Source of the DNA: Lachnospiraceae bacterium
GTDB lineage: Bacteria; Bacillota_I; Bacilli_A; Erysipelotrichales; Erysipelotrichaceae
DNA: 50,073 nt
NCBI GenBank assembly: GCA_963659075.1
Contig: CAVKTV010000002.1
Location: 1 to 50,073 of the forward strand
Direction: 5' to 3'
Shown: piece after piece, positions 38,318 to 49,940 of the stretch
How the letters are laid out: every line of letters begins with the position of its first letter
How positions within the stretch are numbered: position 1 is the first letter of the stretch
Program-made: the position numbers and the translations under genes
The notes under the pieces: generated by a model
The model's input: the letters and a program-made list of their open reading frames with translations, nothing else
Database searches by the model: none
Told to the model about the DNA's origin: nothing

Positions 38318-38890
38318 ATGAATCAGACTGTTTTAGAAGGTAAGAAGACTGTTGTTTCTGAAATCGAAGACAAGTTTAAGAATTCTGGATCCACTGTTGT
38401 CGCAGAGTATCGTGGACTTAGCGTAGCTGAAGTTACTGAACTCAGACGTGCATTAAGAGCTGAAGGCGTAGAAATGAAAGTATATAAGAATACTCTTGCT
38501 TCTATCGCTGCTGACAATGCAGGATACGGTGAATTAAAAGATTCTTTGACAGGTCCTAATGCATTAGCATTCGGTCAAGATGAAACTGCAGCTGCTCGTG
38601 TAATGGCAAAGTTTGCTAAAGATCATGAAGCACTTGTACTTAAGGCAGGTATCGTAGAAGGTAAGGTTGTTGATACAAACACAATCAAGGAACTATCTTC
38701 ACTGCCAAACAGAGAAGGCATGCTCAGTATGTTGTTATCTGTATTAAACGCTCCTGTAACTTCATTTGCTCGTGCGGTAAATGCTGTTGCTGAAGCAAAA
38801 CCAACTGATGGAGCTAGTGCTCCTGTAGCTGAAGAAGCTCCAGTTGCTGAAGAAACAAAAGAAGAAGCTGCAACAGAGGCAGCTGCCTAA
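38318..38890 (+). CDS. rplJ: 50S ribosomal protein L10
   Basis: YRGLSV..VTELR, KVYKNTL, GPNA and LPNRE motifs; Ala/Glu-rich tail. Confidence 0.97.
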   Translation: MNQTVLEGKKTVVSEIEDKFKNSGSTVVAEYRGLSVAEVTELRRALRAEGVEMKVYKNTLASIAADNAGYGELKDSLTGPNALAFGQDETAAARVMAKFAKDHEALVLKAGIVEGKVVDTNTIKELSSLPNREGMLSMLLSVLNAPVTSFARAVNAVAEAKPTDGASAPVAEEAPVAEETKEEAATEAAA

Positions 38891-38904
38891 GGAGGAAAAG
38901 AAAA

Positions 38905-39276
38905 ATGGCAAAGTTAACACAGGATGAAATTCTTGCTTATTTAGATGAAGCAACAATTCTTGAATTAAATGAACTCGTAAAAGCAATCGAAGAAAAGTAT
39001 GGCGTATCCGCTGCTGCTCCAGTTGCTGTAGCTGCTGCAGGTGATGCTGCTGCTTCTAACGAACCAAGCTCAGTAACAGTTACATTAAAGGATGTAGGTG
39101 CTACTAAGGTTGCAGTTATCAAGGCTGTTAGAGAAATCACAGGTCTTGGACTTGTTGATGCTAAGAAGCTTGTTGATGCTGTTCCAGCTGAAATCAAGAA
39201 GGATATTGCTCCTGAAGAAGCTGAAGAAATCAAGAAGAAGCTTGAAGAAGCAGGCGCTGCTGTTGAAGTTAAGTAA
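38905..39276 (+). CDS. rplL: 50S ribosomal protein L7/L12
   Basis: [34 protein letters not shown] and LEEAGA.VEVK motifs. Confidence 0.98.
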   Translation: MAKLTQDEILAYLDEATILELNELVKAIEEKYGVSAAAPVAVAAAGDAAASNEPSSVTVTLKDVGATKVAVIKAVREITGLGLVDAKKLVDAVPAEIKKDIAPEEAEEIKKKLEEAGAAVEVK

Positions 39277-39299
39277 TTAACAAAACAAAATATTAATTG

Positions 39300-39326
39300 A
39301 AAGGCCGAATGAATTGTTCGGCTTTT
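39300..39326 (+). terminator. Intrinsic terminator after rplL
   Basis: AAGGCCGAAT-GAATT-GTTCGGCTTT followed by T. Confidence 0.7.
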
Positions 39327-39351
39327 CGCCCAATAGAAAGGATTTAGTTAT

Positions 39352-39951
39352 ACGGCACATTATTTCACCGACAACACGAATCTAGAAAAAAACCGGAAGG
39401 AACATTCTTTCCGGTTTTCGGGCGTATTATTCACTTTTATAACAGACAATGGTGTCTTTGCGAAACAAGGCATTGATTATGGTTCTGAAGTATTGTTGAA
39501 TGCAGTACAAAAAGTGGGGATACATGGAAAAGTTCTAGATATGGGTTGTGGATATGGAACGTTGAGTGTTGTGATGAAGAAACTAAATCCTTCCTGTTCT
39601 GTTGTATCTGTTGACGTAAATCCTAGAGCTGTTGAATTGACAGAAATCAACAGTCAACAGAATGGCTGTGAGGTGACAGCTTTTGTCTCAAATGGTTTTG
39701 AGAATGTACATGAACAATTTGACTATGTGATTACAAATCCTCCAATACGAGCTGGTAAAAAAGTAATCTATCAAATGTTTGAAGAAGCATATGAACATTT
39801 GAATGAGAATGGTGAATTGATTGCGGTCATTCGTAAAAAACAAGGGGCAGAAAGTGCTGTAAAAAAATTTAATGAAATCTTCTCGAATTGTGAGATTGTT
39901 TCCCGTGACAAAGGATATTGGATTTTGAGAAGTAAAAAATTGACGGGTTGA
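39352..39951 (+). CDS. RsmC/YbxB-like class I SAM methyltransferase, apparent ACG start
   Basis: In-frame AHYFTDN..TDNGVF....IDYGS upstream of the track start, then LDMGCGYG, DVNPRA and TNPPIRAGK; AGAAAGGA 9 nt before ACG 39352; syntenic between rplL and rpoB. Confidence 0.85.
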   Translation, partial: TAHYFTDNTNLEKNRKEHSFRFSGVLFTFITDNGVFAKQGIDYGSEVLLNAVQKVGIHGKVLDMGCGYGTLSVVMKKLNPSCSVVSVDVNPRAVELTEINSQQNGCEVTAFVSNGFENVHEQFDYVITNPPIRAGKKVIYQMFEEAYEHLNENGELIAVIRKKQGAESAVKKFNEIFSNCEIVSRDKGYWILRSKKLTG

Positions 39952-39968
39952 TGGTTCTATGCTAATAT
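39940..39968 (+). promoter_or_regulatory. rpoBC promoter
   Basis: TTGACG-N17-TAATAT with an extended -10 TG. Confidence 0.65.
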
Positions 39969-40051
39969 TGTAAATTGTAAAAAAGTCGAATATTTGGGTA
40001 GGGGATTTATGCCCTTTTTCGACGTTAGCGATGCTACGAAAGGATGGTTAT

Positions 40052-43000
40052 ATGGAAAAAGCAAAAACATACCATGAAGTGCATTACGGTAATAAAGCTG
40101 TACGTAGAGATTATTCTAAGATTTCTTCAGGTCTTGCAATGCCAGATCTAGTTGGTATTCAAACAGATTCTTATGAATGGTTTTTAAAGGAAGGTATCAA
40201 AGAAGTATTTAATGATATCTATCCAATTACAAACTATAACAAAGACATTCGTTTGAAATTTTTAGACTACGAATTTGGTGAACCAAAATATTCTATTAAT
40301 GAATGTAAGTACAGAGAAACAAACTACTGTGCTCCTTTAAGAGCGAAGATGGAATTAGAAGTTCAGGATGCTGAAACTCATGAAGTTATTACAAAATGGG
40401 AAGAAGTATTCTTGGGTGATTTCCCTCTTATGACTCCAACTGGAACATTCATTATTAATGGTGCTGAAAGAGTTATTGTATCTCAGATCGTAAGATCTCC
40501 AGGTGCTTATTTTGATATTGTCTCTGATGAAAGAAGTGGTAGAGATACTTATACATGTGAACTCATCCCTTCTAGAGGTACATGGTTAGAATTCATGTCT
40601 GATGACAAGAAAGCTGCATTAGGCAGAATTTTAAACGTATCTGTTGATAGACGTAGAAAGATTCTTTCCACAATTTTATTCAAAGCTATCGGTATGAGCT
40701 TGAATGAAGAAAAAGGTGAAGATGCATTTGATACAACAAAGATGGAAAAATTCTTGAAAGCTTTAAACATGGATGTTTATAGCGATGTTGTTGTACCAGA
40801 AGAAGATAGAAAATTCCAAAATGATTATATGCTTCTTTATACATCTGTATTTGGAAACTACGAAGAAGTTAAGAATACATTAAATGCGGATAAGACAGAT
40901 ACAACAAATGATGCATTATTAACAATTTATGAAAACCAAAGAGCTGATGAAATCGCAACTGTTGAAGGTGCGTTGAACTTAATGGATGCAAAGTTCTTTG
41001 ATTATAGAAGATATGACTTAACTAAGGCTGGTCGTTATAAGACACGTAACAAGTTAAATATCTTAGATCGTATGTTAAATCATACAATGGCTGAAGATCT
41101 TGTTGGTGCTGATGGAAAAGTTCTTGTTAAGAAAGGTACATTCATTAACAAAGAATTAAGAAATGAACTTCGTGATGAAATCAACAAGGGAATTGCGCTA
41201 AAGGCATTACCATTTGTTCATAAGTTCTCTCATCCTACTGTATCAGAAGTAGCTACTAAAGATTACTATGCATTAGTTGGTAGAATTTTAGCTGATGATT
41301 TAGATGGTGAAACAGAAAGAACTGAATTTGAAGAAGGTACAGTACTTACTTTAGAAGATGCTAAGGCAATTTCTAAAGAATTTGATACTGTAAAGATTTA
41401 TACAGGAATCGTAGCACAAGAAGTTAAGGTTACAAATTCTAATGTTAATGCAGTTCTTGATTTAGGTTCTAGACTTTATGTTGTTGGTAGAGTTACGGAA
41501 GATGATGCCGATCTATGCGATGAAGATGGCGAATATCTCATTCCTAGATATTTACCTGATTACTCAGTAGAAAAGGTATCCAATACTACAAAAGAAGCTA
41601 TCGTAGCTGAAGCAACAAAGAGTGGAAATGTTTCTGTATGGTTAGTTGGTGCTGCTGTACAAGAAGTAAAAGTAAATACTGAAGATGGACATCCAGTTAA
41701 TTTGATTGGTATTGATCCATTAAATGATAAACATACAATTACAATCAGTGATATGTATGCTTTATATAACTATGAATTAACAATGTTTGATGGTGTTGGA
41801 TCACAAGATGACATTGATATGCTCGCTAATAGACGTATCCGTACTGTTGGTGAATTGATTCAAAACCAATTCCGTATTGGTTTAAGCCGTATGGAAAGAG
41901 TTGTTAAGGAAAGAATGTCAATCGCTGAAGTTGCAAATTTGACACCAAAAACTTTAACAAATACACGTCCATTGACTGCGGCAATCAAGGAATTCTTCTC
42001 ATCCTCACAATTATCACAATTTATGGATCAAGAAAACCCACTTGCTGAATTGTCTAATAAGAGACGTATTTCTGCATTAGGTCCTGGTGGATTAACTCGT
42101 GAAAGAGCATCTTTCGAAGTTCGTGATATTCATAACTCACATTATGGAAGAATCTGTCCTATCGAAACACCTGAAGGTCCAAACATTGGTTTGATCAATA
42201 ACTTAACAACTTATGCAAGAGTTAATGAATATGGTTTCATTGAAACGCCATATAGAAAAGTTGAAAAAGATGGAACATTAACAGATGACATCGTTTATAT
42301 GGATGCGAATGAAGAATATGATCATGTTATTGCGCAGGTAAATGAAACTAAGGATGGCAAACTTGTAGGTGATCAAGTGGTTGCTCGTATTGCGGGTGAA
42401 ACTGTCATGGTAGATAAAGAAGATGTTGAATACGCTGATGTATCTCCAAGACAAACAGTTTCTGTTGCGACTGCGTGCGTTCCTTTCTTGGAAAACGATG
42501 ACGGACACCGTGCGTTAATGGGTGCCAACATGCAAAGACAGGCAGTACCTCTATTAAATCCACATTCTCCATATGTAGGAACAGGTATGGAACACGCTGT
42601 TGCTAGATATTCTGGTGCGGCTGTTGTATGTACTGGTGAAGGTGTTGTTGCTTATGTTGATGCAGATAAGATTGTTGTTCAAGAAGATAGTGGTAAAGAA
42701 AAGGTTTATGATTTGATCAATTATGCTAGATCAAATGCTTCTACATCTATCGTACAAAAACCTATTGTATGGGATGGAGAAAAAGTAAAACCTGGTGATA
42801 TCTTAGCTGATGGACCAGCTATGCAGAATGGTGAACTTGCGTTAGGTCAAAACGTAACAGTAGCCTTTATGACATGGCATGGTTATAACTATGAAGACGC
42901 TATTATCATGTCTGAAAGAATGCAATCAGAAGATTTCTATACTTCTGTTCATATTGAAGAATATGATATTGAATGTCGTGAAACAAAACTTGGTTCAGAA

Positions 43001-44212
43001 GAAATTACAAGAGATATTCCTAACGTTAGCGAAAGTGCATGCAAGAACTTAGATGCTAGAGGTATCGTAAGAATTGGTGCTGAAGTTAAAGAAGGGGATA
43101 TTCTTGTTGGTAAAGTTACACCTAAGGGACAATCTGAAATTTCACCTGAAGAAAAGTTATTATTAGCTATCTTTGGTGAAAAGAGCAGAGAAGTTAGAGA
43201 TAACTCCTTGAAGGTTCCACATGGTGGTGCTGGTATCGTACATAGTGTACGAGTGTTCAATCGTAAAGATGATCATGAATTAGCTCCAGGCGTAAATGAA
43301 ATGGTTAGAGTTTACATCGTTCAGAAGAGAAAGATTTCTGAAGGTGATAAGATGGCCGGACGTCATGGTAACAAGGGTGTTATTTCTAAGATCAATCCTG
43401 TAGAAGATATGCCATATATGGAAGATGGAACTCCTATTGATATCATGTTGAACCCATTCGGTGTTCCTTCTCGTATGAATATTGGACAGGTACTTGAATT
43501 ACATTTAGGTATGGCTGCAAAGAGCTTAGGCGTTAAGTTCGCTACACCTGTATTCGATGGTGTATCAAACGAAGATTTGAAAGATATCATGAGTGAAGCA
43601 AATGTTTCTAGTGATGGTAAATATGTACTTCATGATGGACAAACTGGTGAAGCTTATGATGAAAGAATCTCTGTTGGTGTCATGTATATGATCAAACTTG
43701 CACACATGGTTGACGATAAGTTACATGCTCGTGCAACGGGTCCTTACTCACTTGTAACTCAACAGCCTTTAGGTGGTAAAGCACAAAATGGTGGTCAGAG
43801 ATTTGGTGAAATGGAAGTTTGGGCTCTTGAAGGTTATGGAGCTGCACATACATTACAAGAAATCTTAACAGTTAAATCTGATGATATCATGGGTCGTACA
43901 AAGACTTATGAAGCAATTGTTAAGGGTAGAGATCTTCCTGAACCTGGTATTCCAGAATCATTCAGAGTTATGGTTCATGAATTACAAGCATTAGCATTAG
44001 ATGTTCGTATGATGGATGATGATGGCACTGAAATGGATCTCAAACAGATGGAACAAGAAGAACTCAAAGAAGAAACAAAGAGTGATTTAAATCGTCAACA
44101 ATATGTTAACGATGCAGAAGAATTAGGATTAACAATCAAGGATAGTCTTGAAGAAGACATTCCTGAAGCTGCTGTTGTAGGTATTGACGATACTTTAGAT
44201 TCAGATGAATAA
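40052..44212 (+). CDS. rpoB: RNA polymerase beta subunit
   Basis: [42 protein letters not shown] and GGQRFGEME motifs; AAGGATGG before ATG 40052. Confidence 0.99.
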   Translation: MEKAKTYHEVHYGNKAVRRDYSKISSGLAMPDLVGIQTDSYEWFLKEGIKEVFNDIYPITNYNKDIRLKFLDYEFGEPKYSINECKYRETNYCAPLRAKMELEVQDAETHEVITKWEEVFLGDFPLMTPTGTFIINGAERVIVSQIVRSPGAYFDIVSDERSGRDTYTCELIPSRGTWLEFMSDDKKAALGRILNVSVDRRRKILSTILFKAIGMSLNEEKGEDAFDTTKMEKFLKALNMDVYSDVVVPEEDRKFQNDYMLLYTSVFGNYEEVKNTLNADKTDTTNDALLTIYENQRADEIATVEGALNLMDAKFFDYRRYDLTKAGRYKTRNKLNILDRMLNHTMAEDLVGADGKVLVKKGTFINKELRNELRDEINKGIALKALPFVHKFSHPTVSEVATKDYYALVGRILADDLDGETERTEFEEGTVLTLEDAKAISKEFDTVKIYTGIVAQEVKVTNSNVNAVLDLGSRLYVVGRVTEDDADLCDEDGEYLIPRYLPDYSVEKVSNTTKEAIVAEATKSGNVSVWLVGAAVQEVKVNTEDGHPVNLIGIDPLNDKHTITISDMYALYNYELTMFDGVGSQDDIDMLANRRIRTVGELIQNQFRIGLSRMERVVKERMSIAEVANLTPKTLTNTRPLTAAIKEFFSSSQLSQFMDQENPLAELSNKRRISALGPGGLTRERASFEVRDIHNSHYGRICPIETPEGPNIGLINNLTTYARVNEYGFIETPYRKVEKDGTLTDDIVYMDANEEYDHVIAQVNETKDGKLVGDQVVARIAGETVMVDKEDVEYADVSPRQTVSVATACVPFLENDDGHRALMGANMQRQAVPLLNPHSPYVGTGMEHAVARYSGAAVVCTGEGVVAYVDADKIVVQEDSGKEKVYDLINYARSNASTSIVQKPIVWDGEKVKPGDILADGPAMQNGELALGQNVTVAFMTWHGYNYEDAIIMSERMQSEDFYTSVHIEEYDIECRETKLGSEEITRDIPNVSESACKNLDARGIVRIGAEVKEGDILVGKVTPKGQSEISPEEKLLLAIFGEKSREVRDNSLKVPHGGAGIVHSVRVFNRKDDHELAPGVNEMVRVYIVQKRKISEGDKMAGRHGNKGVISKINPVEDMPYMEDGTPIDIMLNPFGVPSRMNIGQVLELHLGMAAKSLGVKFATPVFDGVSNEDLKDIMSEANVSSDGKYVLHDGQTGEAYDERISVGVMYMIKLAHMVDDKLHARATGPYSLVTQQPLGGKAQNGGQRFGEMEVWALEGYGAAHTLQEILTVKSDDIMGRTKTYEAIVKGRDLPEPGIPESFRVMVHELQALALDVRMMDDDGTEMDLKQMEQEELKEETKSDLNRQQYVNDAEELGLTIKDSLEEDIPEAAVVGIDDTLDSDE

Positions 44213-44227
44213 GGAGGATGAAGTCAG

Positions 44228-47200
44228 ATGAATATTAACAACTTTACAGCAATTAAAATCGGACTTGCATCACCTGAAAAAATCCATGAGTGGTCTTATG
44301 GAGAAGTGAAGAAGCCTGAAACAATTAACTATCGTTCTCAGAAACCTGAGAAAGATGGTTTATTCTGCGAGCGTATTTTTGGTCCTCAAAAGGATTGGGA
44401 ATGTGCTTGTGGAAAGTATAAGAAGATTAGATATCAAGGTGTAGTTTGTGATCGATGTGGTGTTGAAATTACAAAGAGTAGCGTTCGTAGAGAACGTATG
44501 GGTCATATCGATCTAGCTGCTCCAGTTGCTCATATTTGGTATTTAAGAGGAATTCCAAGCAGAATGAGTTTACTTCTCAATGTTGCTCCTAAGCAATTAG
44601 AAGAAGTTGTGTATTTCGTAAGTTGGATTGTTACTGATCCAGGAGATACAGATCTCAAATACAAGGATATTCTTTCTGAAAAGCAATTACGTGAAGCTAC
44701 TGTTAAATTTGGACCTGGTTCTTTCTCTGCACAAACTGGTGCTGAAGCAATCAAAGTTTTACTTGAACAATGTGATGTTCAAGGCGAATATGATGCAATT
44801 CAAAAAGAACTAGAAAAGGCTACAGGTGAAAAGAGAAAGAAGCTCATCAAGAGACTTGAAACAGTTGAAGCTTTCTTGAAATCAGACAATAAGCCTGAAT
44901 GGATGATTCTTACAACATTACCTGTTATTCCACCAGATTTAAGACCAATGTTACAGTTGGATGGTGGTAGATTCGCTACTTCTGATTTAAACGATCTTTA
45001 TAGAAGAGTTATTACAAGAAATAACCGTTTAAAGAAATTATTAGAATTAGGAACACCTGCAATTATCGTTCAAAATGAAAAGAGAATGTTACAAGAAGCA
45101 GTTGATGCTTTGATTGATAATGGTCGTCGTTCTAAACCTACTACAGGTGCTGGTGGACGTGCATTAAAATCACTATCTCATTCATTGAAAGGTAAGCAAG
45201 GTCGTTTTAGACAAAACTTATTAGGTAAGCGTGTTGACTTCTCTGGTCGTTCAGTTATCGCAATTGGACCTAAGTTGAAGATGAGTGAATGTGGATTACC
45301 AAAGGAAATGGCTATTCAGCTTTATAAACCTTTCGTTATCAACGAACTTGTAAATCAACATATCGCAACAAACTCAAAGACAGCTGAAAAATTAATTGCT
45401 CGTCAAGATCCAAGAGTTTGGGATTGTGTTGAACAAGTAATTGATGGACATCCAGTATTCTTAAACCGTGCACCTACATTACATAGATTAGGTATCCAAG
45501 CTTTCTTCCCTAAATTAGTAGAAGGTAGAGCTATTCGTGTACATCCATTAGTATGTCCAGCTTTCAATGCTGACTTCGATGGTGACCAGATGGCTGTGCA
45601 TCTTCCTTTGGGAGAAATGGCTAGAGCTGAAACAGAAGTATTAATGCTTGGTGCTAATAATATCCTCGGTCCTAAGGATGGACAACCTATCGTTACTCCT
45701 GGACAGGACTTAGTACTTGGTAACTTCTATTTGAATATGGAAGAAACACAAGATGAGTTCTATCAAAAGGCTGATGCTTTAGACAAGTTAAATGAACCTG
45801 TTGAAGCAGAAAGATGGAGAAGATATGGTGACAATGAAGGTCATGTCTTCAAGGATAGAAATGAAGTATTAATGGCATACCAAACAGGTGTTGTTCATTT
45901 ACATACTAGAATTGCGTTACCTGCAAATTGTGTTGGTAAGACATGCTTTACAGAAGAACAAAATGAAAAGTATTTATTAACAACAGTTGGTAAGATTATT
46001 TTCAATGAGGCTATGCCTGCTGATTTCCCATATATCAATGAAGCTACAGGTGAAAATCTAAGAAGGACACCTGATGAAGACTTTGTACCAATGGGAACAG
46101 ATATTAAGAAAGAAATTGCTTCTAGAAAATTACATAGTGAATTCAAGAAGAAGGATCTTGGTAATTTAATTGCAGCTATCTTCGCAAAATATAAGAATGG
46201 TAATGGTTTTGTGGATTCAGATACTCCAAGAACATCTGATGTATTGGATGCATTAAAGGATCTAGGTTATCAGTATTCTATGATTGCTGGTATGACTGTT
46301 GCCTTGTCTGATATTTCTGTTGCACCTCATAAAGATGAGATGGTAGCAGAAGGTAGAAAGAAAGCCGATGTATTGAACCATTTAAGAGACAGAGGTCTTT
46401 TGACTCCTCAAGAATGGGAAACACAATTCCAAGTTGTTTGGAACGATGTTAAGGAACAAGTCGGCGACTCTTTGATGAATTCTTTACCAAGAATGTCACC
46501 TATTAACATGATGGCTGTATCTGGTGCCCGTGGTAACAAGAACCACTTTACTCAGCTTGCTGGTATGAGAGGTCTTATGGCTCGTCCTATTCAGTCTAAG
46601 ACAAAGGGTTACCAACCAAGTATTATCGAAGTCCCAATTTACTCTTCATTCCGTGAAGGTATGACAGTTGCTGAATTCTTTATGTCATCACATGGTGTAC
46701 GTAAAGGTCTAACAGATACTGCGTTAAAGACAGCTGAATCTGGTTACTTAACAAGACGTCTTGTTGATGTAGCGCAAGAAGTTGTTATTACAGAAGATGA
46801 TTGTGGAACTGAAAAGGGCTATTTGGTTGATGGTTCTAAGGCTTATACAGATCAACTTGGTAACGTTAAAGAAGATACTTATGGTGCTCTTTACGACAAC
46901 AAGAATGGTTCTATCATTGAATCAATGAAAGATCGTATTGCGGGATATTACACAGCAAGTGATGTTGTAGATCCTAAGAGTGGTGAAGTTATTTGCGAAG
47001 CAGATACATATATTACAGATGATATGGCTGCTACAATTGCTGCAACACACGCACAAGTTATGATCAGAAACGTATTTACTTGTGAAGCTGAAAGTGGTAT
47101 CTGCCGTAAATGTTATGGTAGAAACATGGCTACAGGTAATCTTGTAGAAGAAGGCGAAGCAATTGGTATTATGGCTGCCCAAGCAATTGGTGAACCTGGT

Positions 47201-48124
47201 ACTCAGCTTACAATGAGATCTTTCCACTCTGGTGGTGTAGCTACTGCCGGTGGTGATATTACACAGGGTCTTCCTCGTGTAGAAGAATTGTTCGAAGCTC
47301 GTACACCAAAGGGTGTTGCAGTTATTTCTAAGATTGATGGTGAAATCGTTGATATTAGAGACAATGATAATAATACAGGACGTATTGTTACAGTCGCTAA
47401 CGCAACAGAATCCATTGAACACAAGTGTGACCTTACACAGATCATTCGTCCTTGGATGAAAGTTGGTACAACTGTTCACGCTGGTGAAAAACTAACAGAA
47501 GGACAGATTGCACCTAAGGAATTACTTGAAGTTGCAGGTGTATCTGCAGTTCAAGAATATATCTTGAAAGAAGTTCGTAAGGTTTATGCTTCTCAGTCTA
47601 TCGATATTTCTGATAAGCACTTGGAAGTTATGATTAGACAAATGATGAAGAAAGTCATTGTGATTGAACCTGGTGATTCAGGATTATCTGCTGGACAAAC
47701 TTTATCATTACATAACATGAATGCAATTAATGAAGATCTACTCGATGAAGGTAAAGCTCCTGCTAAGTTTGGACCAATTATGCTTGGCATCTCCAAATCT
47801 GCAGTTGAAACGGATTCCTTCTTGTCAGCAGCTTCCTTCCAGGAAACTACTAGAGTATTAACTGAAGCAGCTATTAAGGGTAAAGTTGACCACTTAGAAG
47901 GTTTGAAAGAAAACGTATTGATTGGTAAGCTCATCCCTGCTGGAACAGGTAGAGATTTTGATAGAGAAACATCTAGAAAAATCAATGATTTAGCGCAAAG
48001 AATGATTGAAGCACGTCATGAAAGAAATGCGAAATTCGAAGCTGAAGCAGAACCTACTCTTCCAGAAGATGTTGTTAATGTAAATAACGATAGAGAAGAT
48101 TCAAATACAACTTCTGAAGAATAA
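44228..48124 (+). CDS. rpoC: RNA polymerase beta' subunit
   Basis: [31 protein letters not shown] and SFQET motifs. Confidence 0.99.
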   Translation: MNINNFTAIKIGLASPEKIHEWSYGEVKKPETINYRSQKPEKDGLFCERIFGPQKDWECACGKYKKIRYQGVVCDRCGVEITKSSVRRERMGHIDLAAPVAHIWYLRGIPSRMSLLLNVAPKQLEEVVYFVSWIVTDPGDTDLKYKDILSEKQLREATVKFGPGSFSAQTGAEAIKVLLEQCDVQGEYDAIQKELEKATGEKRKKLIKRLETVEAFLKSDNKPEWMILTTLPVIPPDLRPMLQLDGGRFATSDLNDLYRRVITRNNRLKKLLELGTPAIIVQNEKRMLQEAVDALIDNGRRSKPTTGAGGRALKSLSHSLKGKQGRFRQNLLGKRVDFSGRSVIAIGPKLKMSECGLPKEMAIQLYKPFVINELVNQHIATNSKTAEKLIARQDPRVWDCVEQVIDGHPVFLNRAPTLHRLGIQAFFPKLVEGRAIRVHPLVCPAFNADFDGDQMAVHLPLGEMARAETEVLMLGANNILGPKDGQPIVTPGQDLVLGNFYLNMEETQDEFYQKADALDKLNEPVEAERWRRYGDNEGHVFKDRNEVLMAYQTGVVHLHTRIALPANCVGKTCFTEEQNEKYLLTTVGKIIFNEAMPADFPYINEATGENLRRTPDEDFVPMGTDIKKEIASRKLHSEFKKKDLGNLIAAIFAKYKNGNGFVDSDTPRTSDVLDALKDLGYQYSMIAGMTVALSDISVAPHKDEMVAEGRKKADVLNHLRDRGLLTPQEWETQFQVVWNDVKEQVGDSLMNSLPRMSPINMMAVSGARGNKNHFTQLAGMRGLMARPIQSKTKGYQPSIIEVPIYSSFREGMTVAEFFMSSHGVRKGLTDTALKTAESGYLTRRLVDVAQEVVITEDDCGTEKGYLVDGSKAYTDQLGNVKEDTYGALYDNKNGSIIESMKDRIAGYYTASDVVDPKSGEVICEADTYITDDMAATIAATHAQVMIRNVFTCEAESGICRKCYGRNMATGNLVEEGEAIGIMAAQAIGEPGTQLTMRSFHSGGVATAGGDITQGLPRVEELFEARTPKGVAVISKIDGEIVDIRDNDNNTGRIVTVANATESIEHKCDLTQIIRPWMKVGTTVHAGEKLTEGQIAPKELLEVAGVSAVQEYILKEVRKVYASQSIDISDKHLEVMIRQMMKKVIVIEPGDSGLSAGQTLSLHNMNAINEDLLDEGKAPAKFGPIMLGISKSAVETDSFLSAASFQETTRVLTEAAIKGKVDHLEGLKENVLIGKLIPAGTGRDFDRETSRKINDLAQRMIEARHERNAKFEAEAEPTLPEDVVNVNNDREDSNTTSEE

Positions 48125-48130
48125 AAACGA

Positions 48131-48160
48131 AAACTCTTATGATTGATTTCATAGGAGTTT
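48131..48160 (+). terminator. rpoC terminator hairpin, U-tail abutting the ISL3 end
   Basis: AAACTCTTATGA-TTGATT-TCATAGGAGTTT followed immediately by the IS inverted repeat. Confidence 0.7.
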
Positions 48161-49878
48161 GGTAAACCAAATTCTTATGGGGGAAGTCCAAAGTTTAGTG
48201 GGGACGACTTCTGGGGTTTACACCAAAAATAAAAGATGAAGATAAGACCATGGTTAGGTGGTTAAATCTTCATCTTTTTAAATGCTTAGGTCAAAGTAAT
48301 GAATTTTTATTTAGTGATTATTTGTTCTTCTTTTTCGGAACACCTTGAATAGGTGTGTATTCTCTTTGAGACCAAAGTATTCTATTTCTAGCGAATTCAA
48401 AATTATCAATACCACGAGAATTAGAACGCAAAGAAGAAGGGATGTTATTAAATCCTTCCATAGGACCATTAGAAAGTCTTCTTAATCATTCACCATATTT
48501 TGTGTGTGAATCACCAGAAACGTAAGTGAACGAATTGATTATTTCTTTATGATATCTAAGTAATAGATTAGAAAAACTATTAAAGAAATTGATCTCACAA
48601 TTCTTATAGATATCTATGATTTCATCCAAACGTTTGGAAGCCTCATCTAAATCATTAATGTAGTTTCCGTTAAAGTTTTCGTATATTTGTTTTAATTCAA
48701 GAATACGTGAGAATTTCGGATCAAGATCTAGGAACATCCTTGTCCAATCATAAGTGTCTAGATATTGATTAAGAAACCGATTGTAATGCCTTGGGAGGTA
48801 TGTGATGTTGTTAGGATTCATAAGTAATACCCATTTGGCATTGTTGAGTATATAGACTTCTCTGCTTGTCTTTTGTGTTTCAAAATCATGATTGTTTCTA
48901 TAATTCCTTTCTTCTAATTCTTTTCTATCTCTTTCCTGATATTTCTTTTTCACTTCATTGATATATCTGTTTATATAGGAAAGGATCCATTTGATGACAT
49001 GGAAGGAATCAACGATAGAAACGGCATTTTTAAGATAAGTAGAGGCATAATTGATATATGGGTTATACATGTCAGAAACGATGTATTTAACACCATCACG
49101 TTCTTTCTTAGGAATCGACATCCAGTAGTTATGCATCTGTGCTTGTAGCCTGCTAGGAACGATATCAAGTATCTCACCAGTAACAAAGTCCATAATGACT
49201 ACTGCATACTTTTGTTTAGGACCGATGTTTAAATAGACTTCGTCAATGGAAATGATTTCGGTAAGAGATAATCTTGGTAGATTGACATATTCTTCAAATA
49301 TCTCATGAACATAAGTGTCAGATACATTGTATCGTGCTTCAACTTGCCTACATGTAAGATGAATATCTTTCATATCATTAATAATCATTAGTGGAACGAT
49401 CTTTGTGTTCTTCTTACCAGGTTCAATAAATGAATATTGATCGGTGTAAGAATAATTACAACTTTTATTAGAACAATTCCATCTTCTACCAATCAATGTG
49501 ATGTCTAAATCATATCCATCTTGTAATACAGGATTGTTAGGGTGTCTTATTAAACGTCCTTTAGAATGTAATTTTGAACCACATATAGGACAATAACAGA
49601 CCGTTTTTGTTTTCTCGATTGTTACATATTTAGTATGACCTTCAATACGGAAGTCTGTGACTTCACAATCATTATCAGTTAAATTTAAAATTTCTTTAAT
49701 AGCTGTGCTATTATAATTCATGTCTTCCTCCTTAATTTTGACTCAAGCAATCAAATAGTAAGAAGGATAAACAAAAAAGGCAAATCAATGCCTTTTTTAA
49801 TATCTAAATTAGACCCCAAAAGTGAAGACCCCATTCGTTGACCCCAAAAGTCGAGACCCCGCTAGAGTTTGGTTAGCC
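48161..49878 (-). mobile_element. ISL3-family insertion sequence (1718 bp)
   Basis: Terminal IRs GGTAAACCAAATTCT (48161) and AGAGTTTGGTTAGCC (ending 49878); subterminal GGGG/GACCCC repeats at both ends; internal ISL3 transposase; no 8-bp target duplication visible. Confidence 0.85.
48318..49721 (-). pseudogene. ISL3-family transposase interrupted by an in-frame TGA at 48486-48488
   Basis: CPICG..C..C zinc finger, SIDEVY, SDMYNPY and DSFHV motifs; after the TGA the same frame continues LRRLSNGPMEGFNN..RG..NFEFARNRIL to TAA at 48318; AAGGAGG RBS. Confidence 0.88.
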
Positions 49879-49880
49879 TG

Positions 49881-49904
49881 AGCTTACGGAAAGGTAAGCT
49901 TTTT
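49881..49904 (+). terminator. Terminator-like hairpin right of the IS
   Basis: AGCTTAC-GGAAAG-GTAAGCT followed by TTTT. Confidence 0.6.
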
Positions 49905-49940
49905 GTTTAAAAAAATAAAACTTATCTATATAATAACGAA

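Noticed and set aside
38819..38854. 18-nt tandem repeat (APVAEE x2) in the rplJ tail
   Set aside because: An ordinary low-complexity Ala/Glu extension of a ribosomal protein.
213..48000. Numerous 60-200 aa ORFs antisense to or nested in long genes (for example 1614-1916, 36781-37389, 46922-47479)
   Set aside because: They are shadows of well-supported genes on the other strand or frame, with no RBS or recognisable motifs.
48486..48488. TGA read as Trp (genetic code 4)
   Set aside because: Core genes use TGG for Trp without internal TGA, and several genes (uvrA, sigma factor, rsmC-like) terminate at TGA.
49813..49860. GACCCC repeats as a CRISPR array or iterons
   Set aside because: The units are too short, have no unique spacers, lie inside the ISL3 end and are mirrored at its other end; no cas genes are present.
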